A stretch of 33,777 bases of DNA. Source: Deltaproteobacteria bacterium. GTDB lineage: Bacteria; Myxococcota_A; Polyangia; Polyangiales; Houyiibacteriaceae. Below are positions 25,978 through 33,777 of this stretch, piece by piece (within the stretch, counting starts at the first letter, position 1; each line of letters starts with the position of its first letter). Position numbers and translations under genes: made by a program. The notes beneath the pieces were generated by a model. The model saw only the letters and a program-made list of their open reading frames with translations. It had not been told where the DNA came from and did not search any database. Location of the stretch: positions 1 through 33,777 of the forward strand of contig JAXMNT010000070.1 of NCBI GenBank assembly GCA_034670305.1, read 5' to 3'.

Positions 25978-26102
25978 AGAACGTGTAGACGCCGCACGAT
26001 CCTCTTTTCTTCCGTCAAGAGGACCCGTGTGTGCCTGGGGGATGGGGGGTGAGATGGGCCGTCACGAAAACGCTCGGGGGAGTGCTTTTCGTGGCGGCTG
26101 TC

Positions 26103-26948
26103 TCTTTCTATCCGCAATACGGGCCTGGCTCGCTTCGCTCGACTGGCGGCCCTAATTCGCGCCCGTCGCTGCCTGCACGTGCTCGCCGCCCATGACTCAG
26201 GTGCATTGAAGAAGCACTGGGATCCGTTGGGCGGCTGCGCGCGTCCAGGCGCTCCTTGAGGCGCTCTATGACTCACTTGGGGAGTGCACCAGTTGCTCGG
26301 CCTTCGGCCTGCGCAGGTGCACGTCAGCGAGTTGCCTGACTCGCGGGCGCTGTGAGTGGCCTGGCTCGCTTCGCTCGACTGGCGGGCCTAATTCGGCGTC
26401 CAGAGCACCTTCACGTGCTCGCCGCCCATTCACTTCCACTCACTGAAGATGCATTTGGGGCACTTGGCGGCTGCGCGCGGTGAAGGCACTCCCGCCGCCT
26501 CTATGACTCACTTGGGGAGTGCACCAGTTGCTCGGCCTTCGGCCTGCGCAGGTGCACGTCAGCGAGTTGCCTGACTCGCTGGCGTCATCTCGTGGCCTGG
26601 CTCGCTTCGCTCGACTGGCGGCCCTAATTCGGCGTCCGTATCCAATCCTTCACAGGCGGTGCGGGCTGGCACACCGCTTGTTTCTGAGGGGAAGGGTTCC
26701 CCCTCCGGCCTTCGGCCTCCTCCCCGCCTGGGCACCTTCACGTGCTCGCCGCCCATTCACTTCCACTCACTGAAGAAGTGATTGGAACAACTGCGGCTGC
26801 GCGCGGTGAAGGCACTCCCGCCGCCTCTATGACCCACTTGGGGAGTGCACCAGTTGCTCGGCCTTCGGCCTGCGCAGGTGCACGGGTGGAGCCGCCTGAC
26901 TCGCGGGCGCTGTGAGTGGCCTGGCTCGCTTCGCGGGACTGGCGGCTC
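26103..26948 (-). repeat. Array C of the ~235-bp structured repeat (family 2): three full units plus a fragment
   Basis: GGCCTGGCTCGCTTCGC starts at 26122, 26358, 26594 and 26918 (periods 236, 236, 324). The third unit has an ~88-bp insert. Confidence 0.95.
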
Positions 26949-28046
26949 TCAGAGCTGGGTGACCCATTGGACCATGAGGGGTCCGACGATCCAGCCGTGG
27001 TAGGCGGCCCAGCAGGCGAGGAGGGCGAGCCAGAGCATCAGGGTCAGGGACCGACGTCGCAGCCGGTACACCACGAACAACATCACGAGTAGGAGTACGG
27101 CGGTGACTCCGCGGCCGATGGTTTGATGGGCATTCGCCCGGCGCAGTTCGCGGGCGACGGCGCGCTGCATCGCGGGCGATGGGGGGTGGTCCGAAACCAG
27201 TCCTGGGGCGGATTCGAACGCGACTTCGACCAACACCCCGCGGTGGTCGGACAAGGGCGTGCGTCGGCCACTGCGAAGCGCAACGGTCTCGGTCAGGACC
27301 TGCTCGATCGCCGTCCCAAAGAGCCGGGTCCCTGGGCCATCCCGCAGGAACACGGCATCGACGTGCGAGCGGCCGATCATCGAAAATACTTCGAGCGGTT
27401 CGAAGGGAAGTTCGCCCGGACGGGTGTTGAAGTCTCCGACCAAGATCAGAGGCACCGTCGAACCGCTCAGCCAGGCGGCGAGCTCCCGGGTCTGTCCAAG
27501 CCGGTGCCCTTCGTTCTCGCCCTCTCCGTAGGCGGCATGCACGTGGGTGTCGACGACCCGAACCTGTCCCGCTGGTGTCTGGAGTGTGACCTCGAGCGCG
27601 CCTTTGGTCGCGTACCAGTCGGGCGGCCACGGTGTGTAGGGCAGACTGCCCACGCGGAACGGTTCGAATCGGTGAGAGACGATCGGGTACCGGCTCGCCA
27701 GCACCAGCCCCGAGCTCCCGCGTTGCAACGGCCGAGTCGACCCCAGGTGGACCTCGTACCGAAGCCCGCGCTCGGCGAATGCGGCCGCGAAGACCTCCGC
27801 GTCCGAGTCCCGCCACACTTCCTGCAGCGCGACCACATCCGCATCCACCGCGGACACTGCGTCCGCACACTGCGCGAGCAACTCGTCGTGGTCTTCGCGC
27901 ATCGGCACGCTCCAGGTGTTGAAGCTCAGGACCCGCAAGCGGAACGTCGACGCGGATGGCGGCGTTTCGATCGCGACGTCTTCGAGCACCCGATCGCTGT
28001 CCTCGATCGAACACCCCAGCATCGAAGACGCGAGCACGCAAAGCAT
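26949..28046 (-). CDS. Endonuclease/exonuclease/phosphatase (EEP) family protein, neutral-sphingomyelinase-like, with two C-terminal TM helices
   Basis: LRVLSFNTW, VALQEVW, SSGLVLASRYPI, DWYATKG, THVHAAY, LVGDFN and LSDHRGV motifs; C-terminal hydrophobic hairpin. Start uncertain (28046 or GTG at 28061). Confidence 0.82.
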   Translation of the reverse strand: MLCVLASSMLGCSIEDSDRVLEDVAIETPPSASTFRLRVLSFNTWSVPMREDHDELLAQCADAVSAVDADVVALQEVWRDSDAEVFAAAFAERGLRYEVHLGSTRPLQRGSSGLVLASRYPIVSHRFEPFRVGSLPYTPWPPDWYATKGALEVTLQTPAGQVRVVDTHVHAAYGEGENEGHRLGQTRELAAWLSGSTVPLILVGDFNTRPGELPFEPLEVFSMIGRSHVDAVFLRDGPGTRLFGTAIEQVLTETVALRSGRRTPLSDHRGVLVEVAFESAPGLVSDHPPSPAMQRAVARELRRANAHQTIGRGVTAVLLLVMLFVVYRLRRRSLTLMLWLALLACWAAYHGWIVGPLMVQWVTQL

Positions 28047-28239
28047 CGTCGACAAGCGCACCCGCGCGGCCGAAAAGCGGGTGCCCTTGCGATCCTCCGA
28101 CCACCGCTGCGTCTGTATAGCCGCCCGTCCGATGCACAGGAACGCGGCGCTGCCTTCGGGAATCGCAGCACGGTGTGCGGTCGCCATGATCGAGTCTCGT
28201 CCATGCTTGACCCCGCGTCCAAGCGGCGCACCCTGCACC

Positions 28240-28917
28240 ATGCTGAAATCACCGGCCGTGCGCGGCGGCGCCGCATCTTTTGACGGACACACCCCCGACG
28301 AAACCACCGCAGGCGACGCCGACTACCTCGAAGCGGCGGGACACGCGCACTACGAACTCGCCGCCGACGCGGTGGTGTTGACCGTGCGGGTCGAAGCCGA
28401 CGAGCTCGTCAGCGCGCCGAACGCGCTCGAGAAGGTGACCGAGCTCTCGGGGCTGCGCGATCGGTTGCTTCAAGCCGGCGTCACAGCAGTCGACTTGGTC
28501 GCCTTCGACGGCCGCGCCAAGAGCGGCTTGCTCGGCAGCAGTTCCATCGGTCGTTACACCCTGCGCGTGACCTGCCCGCTCGAAGCCACGTCCGCCGCGT
28601 TGATGGTCGTCGCGAAAGATGGCGACGCGACGTTGGCTGGATCGGTGTGGTCGTTCGAGGACGACACCTCGCAACGGCGTGAAGCCGGCGCCCTCGCCGC
28701 CCAAGACGCGCGCGCCCAGCTCGATGCGATCGCCGCCGCGCTCGGCATCGAACTCGGCGCCCCCCACCGCGTGCTCTCGAGGGTCTCCGCAACCGGCGGC
28801 GACACCGCACCGGTCGGGCGCATGAGCAAGAGCGCGACCCCCGACGACCTCTTCGTCCGCCTCGCCGCCCTCCGCACCGTCACCGTCAAAGTCACCCTCC
28901 GCCACCACCCCGCCTGA
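28240..28917 (+). CDS. SIMPL (DUF541) domain-like protein
   Basis: [19 protein letters not shown] and [21 protein letters not shown] motifs, ending in the strand VTVKVTL. Start uncertain. Confidence 0.65.
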   Translation: MLKSPAVRGGAASFDGHTPDETTAGDADYLEAAGHAHYELAADAVVLTVRVEADELVSAPNALEKVTELSGLRDRLLQAGVTAVDLVAFDGRAKSGLLGSSSIGRYTLRVTCPLEATSAALMVVAKDGDATLAGSVWSFEDDTSQRREAGALAAQDARAQLDAIAAALGIELGAPHRVLSRVSATGGDTAPVGRMSKSATPDDLFVRLAALRTVTVKVTLRHHPA

Positions 28918-28954
28918 CGAGCGGCGGAGGGAGGTCGGAGGTCCGAGGTCCGCA

Positions 28955-29293
<339 letters not shown>

Positions 29294-29320
29294 GAACAAC
29301 GTCGGCGTGAACCCGCTCCC

Positions 29321-30817
29321 TCAGCGCGTGTACTCGACCTCGAAGTTCCAGCTCGTGGCGGTGTACCCGTCGATCATCACGTGTGCGGTGCGCGCGGAGG
29401 CCGGCACGGTGAGCTCGCAGACCTCGTTCGCGTCGCCCGCGTAGGGGCGGCAGTCGTAGGCGGTGCGGGTCGGGGCGTCGTTCCATCGCACGTACAGGTC
29501 GGCGTCGCCGGTGCCCGTGATGCGGGCGACGAAGCGCGAGCCTGGAAGCACGTCGAAGGCTTCGAAGTGGGTCGACTCGCCCGCAGCGTTCGAACCGGAG
29601 GCTTCCGCGACGATGACCTCCGGCTCGGCCGGTGCGGGTGGCGCGGTCTCGGGGCGATCGACACCGGTCCAAGTCGCTTCCATCTCGAACGCGCCCCCTT
29701 CGTAGCCGTGCACCATGACGAACGCGCGCGCGCCGCCAGCCGGCGCGGTCAGCACACACTCTTCGAGTGGACCCGCGCGCCAGGAACGGCAGGAGTAGGT
29801 GCCGGTGGTCGGGGCGTCTTCGAATCGAACGTAGAGATCGGGATCCCCAGTGCCTCCAGCGAGCACCACGCGGATGCTCTCGCCGCCCGCGACGTCGTAG
29901 GGGCCGAAGTGGGTCTCCGCGCCGGTCGCGATCGAACCGCTCGCGCTGTCCGTCCGCACCGAGGTCGCCATCTCGGGTTCCGGTTCGGGCTCGGGTTCCG
30001 GAGCCGGCGCCGGGTCGCTGAACGAGAGCCCGGTGAACGATTCGATCCAGTCGAAGAAGCTCGTCACCCGTGCGTACAACCCGGGGTACCTCGGGTCCGC
30101 GCATCCGTTGCCCCAGCTCACCACACCGACGAGCACCGGCGTGGCGCCCTCGCGCACCACGAGCGGGCCACCGCTGTCGCCCTGACACGAGTCCGCGCCT
30201 CCGACGCCCAGGAACCCGGCGGCGAGTTGGTCGCTGCTCAACGAACGGCGGTACGCGCTGGCCGCGGCGGAGAGCGCGACGATCGGCACGTCGACCGCCT
30301 GGAGTCGATCCGGGCTGCTCCCGCCGGCGCGCAAGGTGCCCCAGCCGGACACCGTCGCGGTGCGGCCCGCTTCGGTCAGGTCCGCATCGGCCGGCCGGGC
30401 GAGTCGGATGGGCTGGACGGAGTCGTTGAACCGAAGCGCGCTGGCGAGACGAAGCAGCGCGACGTCTTTGCCGAACTCGGGCGCCCGGTAGCCCGGGAAC
30501 TCCTGGACCTCGGCGACTGCGATGCGCTGACCGACGCCGCTCTGAAACGAGGCACCGGCTTCGATCGACATCGAAGACCGGGAGGACTCGACGCAGTGCG
30601 CGGCGGTCAGCACCCATCGTTCGTCGATGATCGATCCGCCGCAGATGTGCCCGCCGCGGACTTGGAGGGAGACCTGCCAAGGGAACGACTCGATGTCGAC
30701 GCCGCTGCCGCCGACGATGGCGCTCGTGGCCCCCTCGGGTTTGAGGTCTTTGCCAAGACCCGCGGGTTGCGCCGCGCAAGCGGCCAGGAGGAGCACGGAG
30801 AGTCCGGTGATGCGCAT
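29321..30817 (-). CDS. Trypsin-like (S1A) serine protease lipoprotein with two C-terminal PPC domains
   Basis: Lipobox LAAC, IVGG mature N-terminus, [20 protein letters not shown] and VSWG; two GTGD(P/A)DLYVR...Y.CR PPC domains. Confidence 0.95.
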   Translation of the reverse strand: MRITGLSVLLLAACAAQPAGLGKDLKPEGATSAIVGGSGVDIESFPWQVSLQVRGGHICGGSIIDERWVLTAAHCVESSRSSMSIEAGASFQSGVGQRIAVAEVQEFPGYRAPEFGKDVALLRLASALRFNDSVQPIRLARPADADLTEAGRTATVSGWGTLRAGGSSPDRLQAVDVPIVALSAAASAYRRSLSSDQLAAGFLGVGGADSCQGDSGGPLVVREGATPVLVGVVSWGNGCADPRYPGLYARVTSFFDWIESFTGLSFSDPAPAPEPEPEPEPEMATSVRTDSASGSIATGAETHFGPYDVAGGESIRVVLAGGTGDPDLYVRFEDAPTTGTYSCRSWRAGPLEECVLTAPAGGARAFVMVHGYEGGAFEMEATWTGVDRPETAPPAPAEPEVIVAEASGSNAAGESTHFEAFDVLPGSRFVARITGTGDADLYVRWNDAPTRTAYDCRPYAGDANEVCELTVPASARTAHVMIDGYTATSWNFEVEYTR

Positions 30818-31162
30818 GGGGAGAACCTAGCCCCGGAGCTGTCCCCTTTTTGCACACTCGGAGGTTCTCTAAGAAAGTTGTGAACGTTTCGTACACCTGG
30901 CGTTCGGTTGGTCCAACGCATTGTAATTATTGAGTTACATCAAGCATTGCCGCGAAGGCCGTCTGAGGGTGGGCCACGGATGTTCGCTTCCGCGGCCAGC
31001 ATCTGCGTCTTGGGAACGGGTCGTCGGAGGCTCTGCGCGCGTGCAGTCCGGACGCAACTCGGAGTTCGTTCGTGTGCGCAGACCTCAGCGCAGGTTCGGC
31101 GCGCGCGGCCGGTGTGCGCACGCGCCCTCGCGTCGCAGAGCAACCTGCCCTAGGGTCCGCCG

Positions 31163-32071
31163 ATGGCCACACGTACTCCACCCCGAAGGCGCGACATTCC
31201 GCGGCGAAAGCTGCCACGCGCACTGGGTCTGATCTCCGGACTCGTCACGCTGAGTTTGATCTCGGCGATCGTTCACGCGATGGGCGGCACCAACCCCTTC
31301 ACGCCGCCCGGACACGAAGGGTACGTCTACCACCAGCCGCTCGCCTTCGGGCAACGCGAGTTCGTCGACACCCAGCGGGGACCGACCTCCACCGGCTGGG
31401 CCTGGCGACGCTACGTCACCAACATCGACATGCGGGTGAACACCTTCAGCGAGCAGATGCAGATCTTCAGCTCGGACAACTTGGAGGTCAGCTTCGAGGC
31501 GCACGCCCGCGTTCGTCTGAAGAACGGTTCGGTGCGCGACGTCGTGGAGCGCTACAGCGGCATCGACTGGTACTCCAACAACGTGCGCCGCCCGTACCGG
31601 ACTGCGGTGCGCGAAGTCGTTCGAAGCCGCGCCGCGTTCGACATCAAGAACGAGTCGCAGCAGATCGCGGCCCAGATTCTCGAGCGCTTGCACGAGGAGT
31701 ACGAGGACACCCCGTTCGAGTTCCTCTCCATGTCGATCGGCAACATCAACTACCCGGCTTCGGTCGAGCAACGCGTCATCGCCAACCTCGCCGCGGAGCA
31801 GCGCCGGCAGCGCATGCAGGTACAGCGTCAGATCGCGGAGGCGGAAGCGAGCATTCGCGAGATCCGCGCCGGCGGCGAAGCCGAAGCGCAGGCGATCGAA
31901 CAGGCGACGTTGACGCCGCTCTTCGTCCAGCACGAAGCGGCCGACCTCTACCGGGCGCTCGCCGATGAAGAAGCCGATGAGGACGGGGTGGCGCAGGCCA
32001 ACGTCGTCATCGTCGTGCCCACCCGTTCCGACCGCGCAGGCGTTCCCCACATCTTCCAAGGGACCAACTGA
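31163..32071 (+). CDS. SPFH (band 7/prohibitin) domain protein with an N-terminal TM
   Basis: TM, then PPGHEGYV, SSDNLEVSFE, FLSMSIGNINYP and a coiled-coil AEAEA...AEAQAI...LTPLFVQ. Confidence 0.85.
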   Translation: MATRTPPRRRDIPRRKLPRALGLISGLVTLSLISAIVHAMGGTNPFTPPGHEGYVYHQPLAFGQREFVDTQRGPTSTGWAWRRYVTNIDMRVNTFSEQMQIFSSDNLEVSFEAHARVRLKNGSVRDVVERYSGIDWYSNNVRRPYRTAVREVVRSRAAFDIKNESQQIAAQILERLHEEYEDTPFEFLSMSIGNINYPASVEQRVIANLAAEQRRQRMQVQRQIAEAEASIREIRAGGEAEAQAIEQATLTPLFVQHEAADLYRALADEEADEDGVAQANVVIVVPTRSDRAGVPHIFQGTN

Positions 32072-32919
32072 TGAACCCCGTTCGAATCATCCGGCCCCTC
32101 GTGGCCGTACTCTGCGCGCTCTCACTCAGCGCCTGCGCCAACGAGACCACCGAAGAAGGCTACGAGGGCTACATCTACCATGTGCCTCTCGTCTTCGGCT
32201 CCGCCGGCTTCGTCGGCACCCAGGGCGGACCGACCTCGACCGGCGTCGTCTGGCGGCAGTTCGTCTCGAACGTCGACGTGCGTCCGAAGAACTACACCGA
32301 GGAGTTCCACATCCTCAGCCGCGACAACCTCAACGTCGGATTCGAAGCGCACATGCGCATCGGTGTGCGACCCGAGGCGGTGCGTCAGTTGATCGAAGCA
32401 TTCGGCTCGGGCGACTCGGTGGGCGACAGCGATCTGCCCGAGTGGTACGTGCGCGCGGTCCAGCAGCCCTTCCGGACCGCGGTCCGGGACTCCGTGCACC
32501 AGTACGATGCCTACGACATCCAGTCGCGGACCCAGGAGATCGGCGCGGAGATCCTCGGCCGGCTCCAAGAGGAGTACGCCGACACGCCGATCGAGTTCGA
32601 GACGATGTCGATCGGCAACCTGACCTACCCCGAGGCGATCAACGCGGAGATCCAGCGCAAGTTGGCCGCGGAGCAGGATCTGGACCGCATGGATCGCGAA
32701 CGACAGATCGCGGAGCAGCAGGCCGAGATCACGATCACCACCGCCCGCGGTCGCGCAGCGGCGCAGCGCATCGTCAACGAGACGCTGACCCCGCTCTACG
32801 TGCAGCACGAGATGCTCGAAGGCTTCAAGCTCCTTTCGCGCTCAGGGCGGGTGACCATCGTCGCCACCCCGGTCTCCGATGGTGGTTCGTCGCCGGTCAT
32901 ACTCGGACTCGGAAACTAG
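32071..32919 (+). CDS. SPFH domain lipoprotein, paralogue of the upstream gene
   Basis: TGATG coupling; lipobox LSAC; SRDNLNVGFE, MSIGNLTYP and LTPLYVQHE align with the upstream gene. Confidence 0.85.
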   Translation: MNPVRIIRPLVAVLCALSLSACANETTEEGYEGYIYHVPLVFGSAGFVGTQGGPTSTGVVWRQFVSNVDVRPKNYTEEFHILSRDNLNVGFEAHMRIGVRPEAVRQLIEAFGSGDSVGDSDLPEWYVRAVQQPFRTAVRDSVHQYDAYDIQSRTQEIGAEILGRLQEEYADTPIEFETMSIGNLTYPEAINAEIQRKLAAEQDLDRMDRERQIAEQQAEITITTARGRAAAQRIVNETLTPLYVQHEMLEGFKLLSRSGRVTIVATPVSDGGSSPVILGLGN

Positions 32920-32921
32920 GC

Positions 32922-33545
32922 GTGTTCAGCGGGATCACCCGCGGGCTCTTCGAAGTCGTCTGGGTTCGAAGAGAGCCTTCGTTGATCCGGTTCGGGGTCG
33001 ACCTCGGCGTGTACGGCGCTGGGCTCGAGCTCGGGGCGAGCGTGTCGATCGACGGCGTGTGTCAGACCGTCGTCGGCATCCAAGACACGGTCGTCGCGTT
33101 CGACGTGATCCAGGAGACGCTGGATCTCACGACTCTGGACACCCTCGAGGAGGGACGGCGGGTCAGCGTCGAGCGCAGCGTGCGGGTCGGCGACGAGATC
33201 GGCGGCCACGAGGTCTCGGGTCACGTACTCGGACGCGGCATTCTTCGCGAGCGGATCGAAGACGGCCACGACGTCGCCCTTTGGATCGAGGTCCCGAAGG
33301 AGTGGATGCGGTTTCTGTTCGCGAAGGGCTTCGTCGCGATCGATGGGTCGAGCCTGACGATCGGCCGGGTGAAAGAAGACTCGTTCTCTCTGCATCTGGT
33401 GCCAGAGACGCTTCGGCTCACCGCGCTCGGAACCAAACCCATCGGCGCTGCCGTGAACGTGGAGCTCGACGCGCGCACCGTCACGATCGTCGAGACGGTG
33501 GAACGGGTGCTCGCCGCCCGCGGACACCTGCCACCCTCCTCGTAG
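32922..33545 (+). CDS. ribE: Riboflavin synthase (alpha chain; ribE, called ribC in E. coli)
   Basis: GTG start gives the MFSGI N-terminus. GASVSIDGVCQTV, ETLDLTTL, GGHEVSGHV, KGFVAIDGSSLTI and VNVELD motifs. Confidence 0.95.
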   Translation: MFSGITRGLFEVVWVRREPSLIRFGVDLGVYGAGLELGASVSIDGVCQTVVGIQDTVVAFDVIQETLDLTTLDTLEEGRRVSVERSVRVGDEIGGHEVSGHVLGRGILRERIEDGHDVALWIEVPKEWMRFLFAKGFVAIDGSSLTIGRVKEDSFSLHLVPETLRLTALGTKPIGAAVNVELDARTVTIVETVERVLAARGHLPPSS

Positions 33546-33556
33546 GCCGTCGTCTT

Positions 33557-33652
33557 GGAAGCGGAAGCGGAAGCGGGAGCGGAAGCGGAAGCAGAAGCCG
33601 AAGCCGAAGCCGAAGCCGAAGCCGAAGCCGAAGCCGAAGCCGAAGCCGAAGC
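33557..33652. repeat. Hexamer microsatellite (GGAAGC)n-(CGAAGC)n
   Basis: Direct reading of the sequence downstream of the ribE stop. Confidence 0.9.
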
Positions 33653-33653
33653 A

Positions 33654-33735
33654 CTAGCAGGTTGCTGAAGAACGCCCGCAGGGCGTTCTCGCAGCCTGCC
33701 CCTTGCCCCTGCCCTTGCCTTTGCCCTTGCCCGCG
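33654..33735 (+). repeat. CTAG-anchored hairpin plus hexamer tail (repeat family 3, copy 3)
   Basis: CTAGCAGGTTGCTGAA-GAACGCCC-GCA-GGGCGTTC-TCGCAGCCTGC, then CCCTTG-type units ending TTGCCCGCG as in copy 1. Confidence 0.65.
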
Positions 33736-33737
33736 GA

Positions 33738-33776
33738 TCAGCGGTCAGATCGCTTGATCAGCGCGACGAGCATCGC
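33738..33776 (-). CDS. 3' end of a gene entering from outside the window, possibly a four-helix-bundle (23S rRNA IVS-type) protein
   Basis: Reads ...AMLVALIKRSDR-stop, resembling the amphipathic last helix of that family. Only 12 codons are visible. Confidence 0.3.
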   Translation of the reverse strand, partial: AMLVALIKRSDR

Positions 33777-33777
33777 G

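Noticed and set aside
26295-26312. GGCCTTCGGCC as an RNA C(UUCG)G tetraloop hairpin
   Set aside because: The pairing register gives a 3-nt loop (TTC/GAA), and variants have TAC or TGC loops. This fits GNA triloops on the other strand instead.
14288-26948. Large repeats as integron attC sites or retron msr-msd
   Set aside because: No consistent RYYYAAC/GTTRRRY boxes flanking single cassettes, and no integron integrase or reverse transcriptase in the window. An enzyme acting in trans cannot be excluded.

Overview
High-GC bacterial chromosome window, probably from a myxobacterium (Polyangia/Sandaracinaceae-like). This is inferred from the Ser/Thr kinase-PEGA gene, Cys-rich lipoproteins, PPC-domain protease and STAND-TPR-wHTH regulator. 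It holds about 24 CDSs and one tRNA-Met(CAT). Signalling genes: orphan cheB, a triple-receiver adenylate cyclase, a Ser/Thr kinase and a STAND regulator. Envelope and lipid genes: tandem CDP-alcohol phosphotransferase, phospholipase C/phosphoesterase, HhH-PLD, a neutral-sphingomyelinase-like EEP enzyme, a MepA-like peptidase, TraB/GumN, a trypsin-PPC protease and an SPFH pair. There is also a cytochrome P460-like gene, a di-haem oxidoreductase/imelysin pair and riboflavin synthase. The most unusual content is non-coding. (1) A modular ~235-bp structured repeat forms three head-to-tail arrays, with compensatory stem changes, C-GNA-G triloops all on one strand, a constant-length variable loop, one fixed end and nested inserted modules. 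(2) A 74/76-bp tandem repeat occurs alone and nested in the first family. (3) A CTAG-anchored hairpin is followed by hexamer tails. (4) Composite hexamer microsatellites lie downstream of gene ends. At least nine genes appear leaderless, with a -10 box 6-7 nt before the start codon. No transposase, integrase, reverse transcriptase or cas gene is visible. All protein calls come from motif recognition by eye, not database searches.
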